Below, piece by piece: positions 13,001 to 25,000 of a stretch of 64,000 nt of DNA. The notes beneath the pieces are model-generated. The model was not told where the DNA came from, did not search any database, and worked only from the letters and a program-made list of their open reading frames with translations. The DNA comes from Trichoplax sp. H2. Lineage: Eukaryota. The position numbers and the translations under genes were made by a program. The DNA is taken from assembly GCA_003344405.1 (NCBI GenBank), contig NOWV01000192.1, positions 1-64,000 of the forward strand, in the 5' to 3' direction. Position 1 is the stretch's first letter, and each line of letters starts with the position of its first letter.

Positions 13001-16000
13001 TCTGCCTTGATTAAATTGTAAGTTTCATACAAGTACTTATATTGGAATTCATGTTTTTTTGATATCTTAGACTAAATCATATGTGAACAATGACATCAAT
13101 AGAATAAACACTCGCACATCTTTATGAAAATAGATACGATGTTAAAATCTTCTAATCAAATTGAAATTTCGTACTGCTGATCATAAAATTTTATTACATT
13201 TGTCCTTTAGGAATCTGAACGAAAATAAAATTAAAAATTTGAATGGCTATGGATTTATAGGGTTGCAAGCACTCAAGAATTTGTAAGTAGATATTGCATT
13301 GAAAATTGCAGCTTTTGCTAGAATCTATGTCGCTTATATCTCCTTTAAATTATGATAATTATGCTATAATTGCCTTAAATGGCCACTCAGAACACATATT
13401 AACAGAATGATCCTATATGGATTCGAAAGAATTTTCAGAAATGATCATTCAAATGTTTATTAACGCTTAAACAGCTAAATTTCCTTTTGTGACAATTTTA
13501 GATACTTATCTTCAAACGAAATCAAACACATCGACAATGAAGCTTTTATAGGCCTTATAGAACTAGCAAATCTGTATGTTAAAAAATAGCGCTGTCTACG
13601 CAAAATTAAGCTAGCAAAAAACCGGCTATAGTTATCACAGGGAGAGACAAAATTTAATTTTGATTACCTTAATATTCGCTTCTATTCCTGCGCAAATACA
13701 AACAAGATCAATAACTTTATTAGAGCTATCAGTTTTATCGACTCTGCTGTTTTCTTAAGAAGTCTATTCTATAACTACCAGGAATGAATAATTTAAAAAT
13801 AAATACTGAACTTAAATTTATGATGATGAATATGAGAACTGGCTTGAAAATTTTCTTTTAATGCCTGCATAATCTTTAATAGCGGAAATTGTAACATACT
13901 GAAAGCTTTTAATTTACGGTTTCTGATTGATCCTCATGTTTATGACATTCGTGGATCGCAACGCTAGTACATTTTGCAGGATGCTCTATAGAGCTAACAT
14001 CCATTCTTTATTGGCAACAACTGAGCTGATTAAAAGCATTTTAAATTATTTTAATATTTAGACATGTCAATAATAACTATCTGACTTCACTCAACCGAAC
14101 AATCTTTAACGGATTACGTAAATTAAATAATTTGTAAGTTTGAGAAGAAATATTAACTGAACTGTTTCCATATTATAGTATTAAACAACATGATCTGAGA
14201 ATAGCAAAATTATAAATGAATATTAGGCCTCATTAAAACGTTAATAGTGATTTAATCGTAATAATTAATACGATGCTATTCAACTCTGTAAATCAGCTTA
14301 GTTTTGTGATAGTAGACTATTAGCCATATTTAGTATGATACACGGTATTGCCGTTTCTATATTTATCTTATGATATATTTAGTAGCCCACAATTATAGTC
14401 TGTAATAGTAGACTCTATGCTAGAGCAAAGATGATTATATACAGCAAGATATTGAACTATTAATAATGATAGAGATTGTGACAGTGTTTTATACTGTATT
14501 AAAATCAGAAATATCTATATTAGGATAATTTTGTTAGCTTATCCTTATTTGGTCAACTTCTAATTTGGATATACTGTGTTTTAATATAACACTGCCTTTT
14601 TATGACAGAGACATATATACATATACTGAAATTAATAGTTATAGTAGAGCAAAAGTGTTCCCGATAGTGCAAAAACCATTCCCGGATACGTTGTTCAAGG
14701 AACTGGCTTTTAATCATACATTACATTATCTTGTTACAAAGCTGTTTTGTGACAGAGATATAAATAGAATTGTAAATCAGATATTAGGATATGTTTAGTT
14801 GATTGTACTTTAGATTATCTGGTTGTTATTTTTAGAAGTCTTTCAGTAGTAGTATTCAGCCAAAGTAGAGCTGTACGGAGCTAATCTTTGTCTTAGATCT
14901 AATAAAGTTCTAATTTTCTACCGATTTGAATTTTCATAATCAGATTTTATCACAAATTCTTATAGTCAATTTAATGCTATTTATGTTTCAAAATAAACCT
15001 CTTTTTGTCGATATTTGCTATAGGCTGATTGACGAAAATCAGTTAACCTTTATTCAGGATTTTCAATTTTCTGAGCTGAAAGCATTGCAAACTTTGTTAG
15101 TTATTTATTTATCTTTACTACATATCAAAAACATGACACAGGAATATTAAATAAAAATGGCTATAATTTGAATAAATATTAGATATTTAAGGTCAAATAA
15201 AATAGAACTTGTCCAACCTAAAGCTTTTGAAGGACTGGATAATATTAAGGAAATGTAAGTAGCTAGACTGATGTAAATAAAAATTTTTAATTCTAATGTA
15301 TGGCGATATTATAATCGGATGAAATTAGTCGTTGGCCAATGAATCAATGTGAAGCAAAGCATATACAATTTATAAATTTCTGACAATCTAAAACTTATAG
15401 CTTGCTAATATTTTATACTATCCTTTATAACCACTGTGATGGAAATGCAACAATCTATAGTTGGCTTGACGGCAATCCCCTCAATCATTTATTGGATTTA
15501 CCTTTTAACAGCTTCAAAAGTCTTAATTACATGTAAGAAATAGGAAAAATCAATTTTAATAATTCGATATGATTTAAATTTAAGGTCCTTAATGTAACAT
15601 ATTGTACATTATTTTTTAATATTAATAACTCGAATTATGCGAGATAAGCATTAACGAATTCTATAATTTAAAAACTCGTTAGAGGCTTATCCAAGACCAA
15701 ACTGCTTAGAATCAATATTTCTTGTGCAAACATTGATGTCTATAAAGTCAGTAAAATGTAAGTTTATATTTCTTTTTCTATTTTCAAGCATGAAACATTT
15801 CCAAAACAATTTTATTTATTCCACTTACGGCTATAATTGGCCATTAGCCATTCTGTAAATATTACTCTTGCAAATTATTTTGAACAGTGATAAGTATATA
15901 ATACCTTAATTTTTCAATACCTTATTGTCACAAAACAGCTTTGGAACAAGATAACGTAATGTACGATCAACAAGTTAATTTTTGAATACCACGTATCAAG

Positions 16001-19000
16001 GAACGATATCTGCACTATCAGAAACACTTTTGCTCTACTAATAGACTACACAAAGACTTAGACGCTGCGTATTTACGTTAAACACTAAGTTAAGAATCCG
16101 CTTTATTACACGATATGCTGCATTTACATACTATTACTCAAAAGTTCATAAGTCATAGTAAGATTAACTTTGGAATAATTCACTGAATTAGATATTAATT
16201 TTAGCTACTGCTTCCTAATGCAGACAATAGTATTTACGAACATAGACACCTGATGACTAATACAGAATAGTCAGATTACGATATGTCTTATCATGAGATA
16301 TTTCTACGATAATTCATAATCTACCATAAATAAGTTATAAACACAATGATTCAAAGAGTTAGTAGATAATCTGCATTCCCTAATATAACTATTAATTTCA
16401 GTATTTGTATAAATGTCACTGCCATAAAAAGCCAGTGCTACATTTAAAGACAGTATATCCAAACTAGAAGTTAACTAAATAAGGATAGGCTAACAGAATT
16501 ATCCTAACATAGATATTTCTACTCTAAAACAGTATATAACACTGCAATACTTATTTAACCGATTAAGTAGCAAGATTAAATAGAAGTAATTAGAAAAATA
16601 TATCCTATTTATAGAATTTCATACTTTAAGAATAGGGACTAAAAGGTAGTTATTACTCTTTATAGCCTTAGTTACTGATTTTATTGCTTTTCTTTGCATA
16701 GGGATTTATCGAACAACCTAATGAGTGAAATTAAAATTTTTGGATGTTTTCCTTGCTTGCAGCAAATGTAATTAAGTACTGAATAATAGTATCAATCTTA
16801 TTGTACTATTTATCAAAGACTGATTAGCTATTTTGTTAATTTTGATATAACGTCAGTCCACTTACTATGCTGCTGAAATATTCTTTCAATGTCATCAATA
16901 TACAGTACCTGAATTGATTAGCATTAATGACGCACTTGCTTCAATTTTCAGCAATATCTCAAGCAACAGATTTACTAGGGATGAAAGTCTATCTTTTCGT
17001 AACCTTTCTTGTATTTCATCATTGTAAGTAAATTGTTTACCTTTGAGTTTAATGGCTGTATGATATAAAGTGCATATTAGTATCATGATGATATCAATAC
17101 GTACTCCTTTGCTCTCTTCTAAACGATGCTCTTATGCATTTCAGCTACATATGATTACAATTTTATCAGTTAATATATTTATATATCGTAATAATTTAAA
17201 TTAAATAATATCTTAACTTGACCAAACATTATAAACCTGGAGTCTGTTTAATTAATCTATTAACAGCGTATTAACAATATAGCTTAAAGAGCATAATACA
17301 GACCACACTTTTATTTCAACAACATGTGAATTTGATTTTAGAGATGTTAGCAAAAATAGAATTTTGAAGTTATCTTCAGATGTTTTCTCCACTTTACAAG
17401 ATCCTACAAACCTTTCTACACTGTATGTATACATATGAAATTCTTAGTAAATGTTATATATATATATATATCAATCAATGTATTACATTTTAATGAAAGT
17501 ATTATAATTTTTCATGTCATTCTTTAATAACACATTTAAATGCAGAAATATATCTAGCAATCGGCTAGACTATATCCGAGCAGATATATTTTATCCAACA
17601 TCTGGTTTGAAAACGCTGTAAGAATTATTGCTATTACACAAATGAATATATTTGAGGTCCTAGTGATAAATGCCAGCTTTAATTCTTAGCGACATAACGG
17701 AATAATGCTATACAGTAAGACATAAATTATCGGAGAGTTACCACTACAATTTTGAAAAAGACTGCTTATGTAATTCTATAATCATTAGCTACCGATGTAC
17801 AATATTAGATATTGTGCACTGATTTACCTATTCATACATATTGCGCTCTAAATTAAAAACCCACGTCAATTCCAAACACAAAAATATGCTAATGATCTAT
17901 AATATATTGCAAAATATCACCTACTCAACAAAGATTTGAAATATATTGCTATCTTGGTTGTTTATAAGCAGAAATATTGAAAATAATCGTCTGGATACAT
18001 TGAATTTTATTCAGCCGTTGCATAAACTAAATACGTTGTAAGTAAATTTTTTGCTGTACAATTGAAATGATAAATAGAAATGTTAGTTGTATCTATGCCG
18101 TGTATTTTCGTTTTAACATATCTTTCATGAAACTCAGCTGCTTTTTGGCTCGAATTGCAATCAGTATCGAGAACAATGCGAGCAAGTTCATTTATTCACT
18201 TCCATTTACTAAATCGTTCTTCGTCTATCAATAAAATTTTACTAGATTGGGCTCCAAAAATCGAATAAGTACATTAAAGAGTGGCTATTTTAAAAATTTA
18301 ACAAATCTATTGCATCTGTAAGGAAATTAACTAAGGAGATCATTCTATAAAATAATCAATTTGAAGCCAATTTAAGGCATCAATACCAGCTAACCACTTT
18401 AAAATTAGCTAAAAATGATATTGCAAAATCTATGAATAAAATAACGATGACTTTTATCATAAATTCTATGAAAACGTTGTTAGGTATTTAAGTTTTAATG
18501 GAATTAAATCTATTAGAAATGGAATATTTGAAGGATGCAAAAGTATCATAAATATGTAAGTTTCGATAGAAATTAATGTAAAGGACAAGCCTTCCAAATT
18601 TTTGAAAAAAATCAATGCTGCTGTTACGGTGTTACCTTACCGTTACGATAGTTTAATACGTACAGTAGTAGACAATATAAAAAATATCCATATTTGTAGT
18701 GCTAGGTAAGATAAGTAATGCCTTAACGTTAATATTATTTGTGATAGTTTATTACATATATTTGATATTTATTGTTATTATGTGTATATATAGTAGCAAG
18801 ATAATTCAAGTTCTAGCGATTGATAGTTGAATTAGACAACATGCTTAGATTAAGATTAGGTATGAGTAAGAGATTAAAAATATTTGCTGATAGAAAAACT
18901 AAAGGAACATCTCATTTCGAGATGTCTCTCCTAGTATGGTATGATAATAATTCTTTGTTGTTTATAAATTATTCAGTTTCTATATCAATGGGAACGTTTT

Positions 19001-22000
19001 AGTTGAGTTTCGTGGTGAAAAGTTGTAGACGTGTCCATGCTAATAAAAGTTCTATCTTTATGGTACTATCTTGTGTGTGTTTAACGTATAGTAAAAGGCT
19101 GTTTCAGTCAATAGTTACTTATAGACTTTTACTGTATGTTTTCCTTGTCGTGAAGTTGAATTTATGACGGCTGCATTTTATAGAGTGCAAAGAATTACAT
19201 CTATTGCCACAATTCTTATTTGTAAATATTCAATATTTCTATTCTAGGAGGCTAGACCATAACAAAATCGCAACCATAGAGAATACTGCATTTCTTGGTT
19301 TATCAAATTTAAATTTGCTGTATGTTATTGAATTTTTCGTCTGAGAGTTATTTAATTTATTACAGTTTATACCGGAATTAATTACACAAGCAGAGTATTA
19401 GCTGACTGTTTTAAAATAGTTGTTTTTTACTACCTTAATTTTAATTTATTAGAGACATCAGTTATAATCGCATAATTTCATTGAAAGGAATATTTCTTCA
19501 AGATTTAAAAGAGTTAAATTCATTGTAAGTAGTTGATTCTCTATGTCTTGTACTATTATTTGTAAATCTATCCCTATCTAACTCTATGATATTTTCAGCC
19601 TTATAGACAATATTACTGTCTATAAACTGCTGTGGATATTTGTTTTAGAAAATAATCATTATTAAGATAACCAACAGGATTGGGTATTCTAAAAGAGGGC
19701 ATCTGCTCTGACATTACTAATTTATACGTTCTCTTGTTTATAATTCGCAGAAAATGTGATGGTAATCTAATCTCTTCGTTAGCGGGATCACCATTTTATA
19801 ATCTATCTAAAGTTACTCAACTGTAAGATTAATTAATATTCTTACTTAATATTAAATTTTAATCCAAAATAGAAAACATAAATTGCGAATATCAAATATG
19901 CTAAAACATCGGTTTCTTCATTCTAATATCAACTATTTTTTCGCAGATCTCTGGACCATAATCAAATTGTTGATATTGCTAACGATAGTTTTACTAACTT
20001 AAATAGTTTAAGTAAATTGTAAGTCAATCAAGCATTTTAAGTTTGCATTGTTTTAAAGAGTAGAGTAATGATATTGATTTAAAGAAAGTCATATTTGATT
20101 TACCTATTTCATAGATCGATTAATCATAATAGACTTTCTGGCTTATCGTGCAGTTCAATTTACAAAACTATTCAAGACTTGTACGTAAAAACGAAAAAAA
20201 CTGCAGAGCTATAAATCTGTCTATTTTACTAAAAGTTTTAGTCACTTTTCAATTAGTAATTCATTAAAAAATTAAAGTATTAATGCTTGGCAATTTCTTA
20301 TACCATTTATATCACAATCAAATTTGATTGTTTCCTATAGGAGTGTACACCATAACAATATATCTTATATCTCACCAAGTTGTAATGAAACGTTTGGGAG
20401 TTTAAAGAATAGCTTGTAAGAGGAATCTTGTTTGAAAAGTTTACATCATACTACAGAATTAGGGAAAAAAATTATACTAGCTGTGTATATTCTTACTATT
20501 GGCGTTTTATATATAAACTGTAAATTTCCACTTTATTTGTTATGATGGTTTGTTCTTTACTTTAAGACTTAAAGTAATAATTCTTCCATATTAATCACAA
20601 GGGATATGAGCTATAATGATCTTGAAGCAAATGGTATTAACATTTACGATCAAATCTTGATAAAACTAGCCAAGTTACCTCCTACTCTGTAAGTACCGTT
20701 GCACAACTTCAAGCAAGTAAATGAATAATGATAGTTGTCTTAAAATAGTAAATGTTATTTTGCCTAATGATATGAAACTTTAACGCCATTATTCACAAAT
20801 TTTTTGCTTAAATGTAATTAGACTACTGGCTGGCAATAATATTACATCACTACCACATTCCTTTATGAAATGGAATATATATCTTAGAACATTGTAAGTG
20901 TGTTAAAAGCTATAACTAAGCGATAAAGCCAATTAAGCGTAGAAATGTCTTCAATATCTATTTTAATTCGAAAATTATTAAATAACGATATATTTAAACG
21001 TTTAATTAGTTTCAGCATTTGATGTATAAACCTAATACATTTTTGGGCCTTTTGAGCTCTAATTATCCACCATTGAGTAAAATCTTACCAACTTATTGTA
21101 CAAATGAGGCTAACCAGGAACTTTCATCTGCGTGTAAATTACTATTTAAAGAGTGAATGATCTAATCAACAAAAGATTAAATAGTACTCCTGATCAGTTT
21201 GCCATAAGAACTTCGGCAAAGTTACTATGCAGTGGAGCTACAGCGTCCACATTAACTTGGTGATAGCAAACTCATGAGTTGAACTGGAATAGCTAATAAT
21301 AAAGTATCATATATACGTTAATCAAGAATATGTTATAGGTAGAGTAGTGCCGACTAAATTAGTGCAGAAACAATTATCATAGAAGTAATTTTACTATCTA
21401 TCGTGTTACTAAGTAATTTTGCTGGATCGATGTGAGTAAAGAATACCTGCTTTCTCTCATCTACTTGTTGTCGCAACCTCGGTCTTGTCAATTTATAAAA
21501 GGGTCTTTATCAATTCTCAGCGTTGCTAAGGATCTAGATTCGGTTTGTGTGTTAGGTGAAACATAACAGCAGTTAAATACGACAAGTGCTATTAATAGTT
21601 ATTGTCTTTTACTCCTTGGATTACTGGTGCACCATTCTAGACGATAGTTTCTCGGAAGGGTTTTATAAATTAATAACGTTATAAGCGTATCACCAATTTG
21701 TAATAAATTTATGTTTCTAACTAGCTACACTCACGCTTGCTATATTAAGATGTAACCAAATTAAAAGTTACATTTAAATTATGTTGAGGTTCGCATGCTA
21801 TACGTAAGATTATAAATAGATGAATTTCAGAATATTATCGATTTATCTGGAATTATATGCTATATGTAGCAACATGTATAACCATAATAGGCATGGAAAA
21901 TAGAGTATAAATCACGTAATTCATTTACTGTCGATTGACCTTGGCATATGCTACTGCTCAATCTAAAATAAATCAATTATCGGCTTACAATTAAATTTAT

Positions 22001-25000
22001 AGGTCTATTGGACATAACAAATTGGCGTTATCTGCCATCAAACGTATCATAAAAGGATTCTATATCACTAATTACTGCTTGCCACCAAGTATATCTACGA
22101 CAGCTAAATGTTTTATGTATTCTATGTAAGTTATGTACTTTGCCTAAATATGTTTTAATCGATTTATAAACAATTAATTTGTATTCAAAGAAGCCAAACA
22201 ATAGCAATTTGTCAATCGTTAATAGTGTATTTTTACCTATGCGAACTCATACTATCGAATTATTTAATTGGAGCAGAGATGCAAGCCATAGCAGGTTAAC
22301 AGAAATTCCATCCAATGTATTTGTTCATCTGAGAGGATTTTTGAAAGTCTTGTAAGTTATCTTTGCTAAATACCAAACGTAAATTAATCTTTATTTGAAA
22401 TTAAATAAAAAATGGGTAATAACCAGATAATTTACTTTATATCTATTGGTTTTATTGGAAGCATAAATAAAACAATTGTATAAATGCGGTTAATTAATAA
22501 CGTAAATCTAATAATTATATAGTAGATTGAGAAAAATGAGGTGCTTTTAATAGATAGTTACTAATAATGTAACGGCCCACTTATCATCATATGTTTAACA
22601 ATTTTACTTATACCAGATTCGCCTTAGATTTAAATTACAGTACTTTCTATATTCATTCACAATACAACATGATTACTATAATTCAATTTATAAAAGCCTC
22701 GGAAAATGCTCAACTGATTAATTAAGATTTCAGACACGATTCGATATTACGACGATGGTATTAAAATAGAAATACCCTTTGAGGCAATTATAGAAGTGTG
22801 ATAAAGTTTGCTCTCAAAAATACAGTTTCTTGCAAACTTCACTTTACGTAAGATTAGGTTCGTCTCATAGCTAACAAGGACTGTCTAACTGCAGTCAGAC
22901 TATCTCTGGAATATCTGAATTATCACAGCAATATTCACAATTGATATACAATTAGTTACTCAATGATTTTTTCAAGCACAATCTTGTCTTACCAATTAAG
23001 TTATAAGTTTATATCTAAATTTACTATCGCGCTATCAGTTCATAATTTGCGCTTCTAATTAAAACGTCGCAATACAAATCTTACAGTACTAACATAATTA
23101 ACGCTCTCTATTATTATCACAGAATCTTAATATAAGCATCTCAATACAATTACTACAATACGTACAACCAACATCTTCCTCGATTAGACACTTATGCAGT
23201 CTTACACCTTAGCGTACAATTTATCAATTTTCGTATTATTCCATAATCTTATTCTTAAGCTTATTTGGGGCTTCACTACATGAAGATACAAGTAACTATC
23301 TTTTTTTGACTATCGCATTAAATTTTGCATACGTATGTGTACTTGATGTCATTGCACTAATTCAGCGGTAGCAATTTTAATTAGTGTCTTTTTGATCAGT
23401 TCTCAAAATTGCTATAACAGCAAATTAATAAATTGAATATCGGACATTACCATTATGATTTAAGAATATCTTAAATTGGTTTTCTTTGTACTGTATGATA
23501 GAAATCTAAATTATAACGAGATAACACAGATCGACGCCTCGGCCATATTTCGAGATAGTGAAAGAAACTTGCAAGAGCTGTAAGTTAAAAATATTGCAAA
23601 AGCGCTTTTTATCACCTTTTCATATTTAATTAATAATAATCATTTATTGCGCTAAATTTCTCTATCTGAATACTATCTAGTACGGTACCTGATAACAATC
23701 TTGCATTTTTAGATCATATAATGTGGCAAATCCGATTATGTAGTTATGATAACTTTGATCTATTGATTTAGGCGTTTGGCTAATAATGCATTATCTAAAG
23801 TTACCAATCGTTACAATATTCAGTTTAATGCACTGAAGTTATTGTAAGAATAAGGCTTAATATAACGACTTTATTATTTAATAGTTATATGAAAAATATG
23901 CGTCTAAGATTTTCTTGTATATTATGAAATCTATGCAGGGATTTAAAACAAAACAGACTTTCTAACATTTGTGGAAGGTCTAGCGTATTAGGAATTGCGC
24001 CCAACCTTTTAGAATTGTAATAATAAAAGTTCTATTATCATATATTCTATGTTCACTATTATTGCGTACGCTTAACTCAGAGAATACTTATAAATACACC
24101 TATTCGCTCTTATATTCTCTTAGATATTTAGATTTCAATAAAGTCAGAATTTTAACAAGTAGGTGTTTCGGGACACTATTCAAACTACAACTATTGTAAG
24201 TTTAAAATTTTTTAAATTATCTGCTGCCTTAAATATCAAATTCTATCTCAGTTTCAATAAAGCTAGCATGTATTATAATAAGAAAGAGAACTTATTACGG
24301 CATGTTGATGTACAGATTTGTCTACCGTTGCCACTTTAGAGTTAGCTTAAGATAGTATTCTTTTACCGTGCTATTAGATCTATTAGGTCAAATCCTTTGG
24401 CACTGTTAAATGACATATCATTTTATGGTTCAGTATCCCTGAAAAATGTGTAAGTTAAAATATTTCTAGGTTCAAATCTATCTTACAGAAGATGTCTTTA
24501 ATAATTTTTAATGTCAATTTATCGTATTTTTAAATAATTAAACAAGATAAAATTCTTGATGGGAAATTTGAATTTATTACTCTCATCAAGTGTCTACTAA
24601 TATAGTTAATAATTTTAAGTATTAAAGAGGAAATTAAGGCTCAAAATTTACAGATTGCAGAATTATTGACGTTATATCTCTAAAATCTCTCGCTGGTTTG
24701 CATTTCCATAGAGTTACTCTCTTTCCATAGTCTAATCTTCATAACAATGCTTTATATTTCAATAATTAATATTAGCAGGCGTAATGTCAATCACTTTTAA
24801 TATCATCATTAAACTTAATCTCCCCTATTTTTGTCCAAGGCCTTCATATTTCATAATTGCTGTACGATGTCGAAAATTTCATTCAGATTTATCTGCTAAT
24901 TGATTTCTTAAATCTTCCATCTGTTTTTGTGAAAAACGTCCTTTAGAGCCTCCACACGTGCTTACTTATGCTGTATAGTTCCAGCCAAAATTACAACATG

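Noticed and set aside
13970-14061. Alternative acceptor ttttgcag|g extending exon 14062
   Set aside because: The extension reads into an in-frame TAG at the true acceptor.
14926-15150. ORFs 14926..15150 and 34694..34882 as standalone genes
   Set aside because: They are read-through extensions of single exons (15024-15095 and 34650-34764) into introns.
17455-17471. Short (TA)n runs (also ~44104, ~49408, ~56256)
   Set aside because: Ordinary microsatellites in AT-rich introns.
76-24449. Regular ~72-bp units as a CRISPR-like or satellite array
   Set aside because: The units are AG/GT-bounded coding exons with variable spacing and protein-level similarity, not nucleotide direct repeats.
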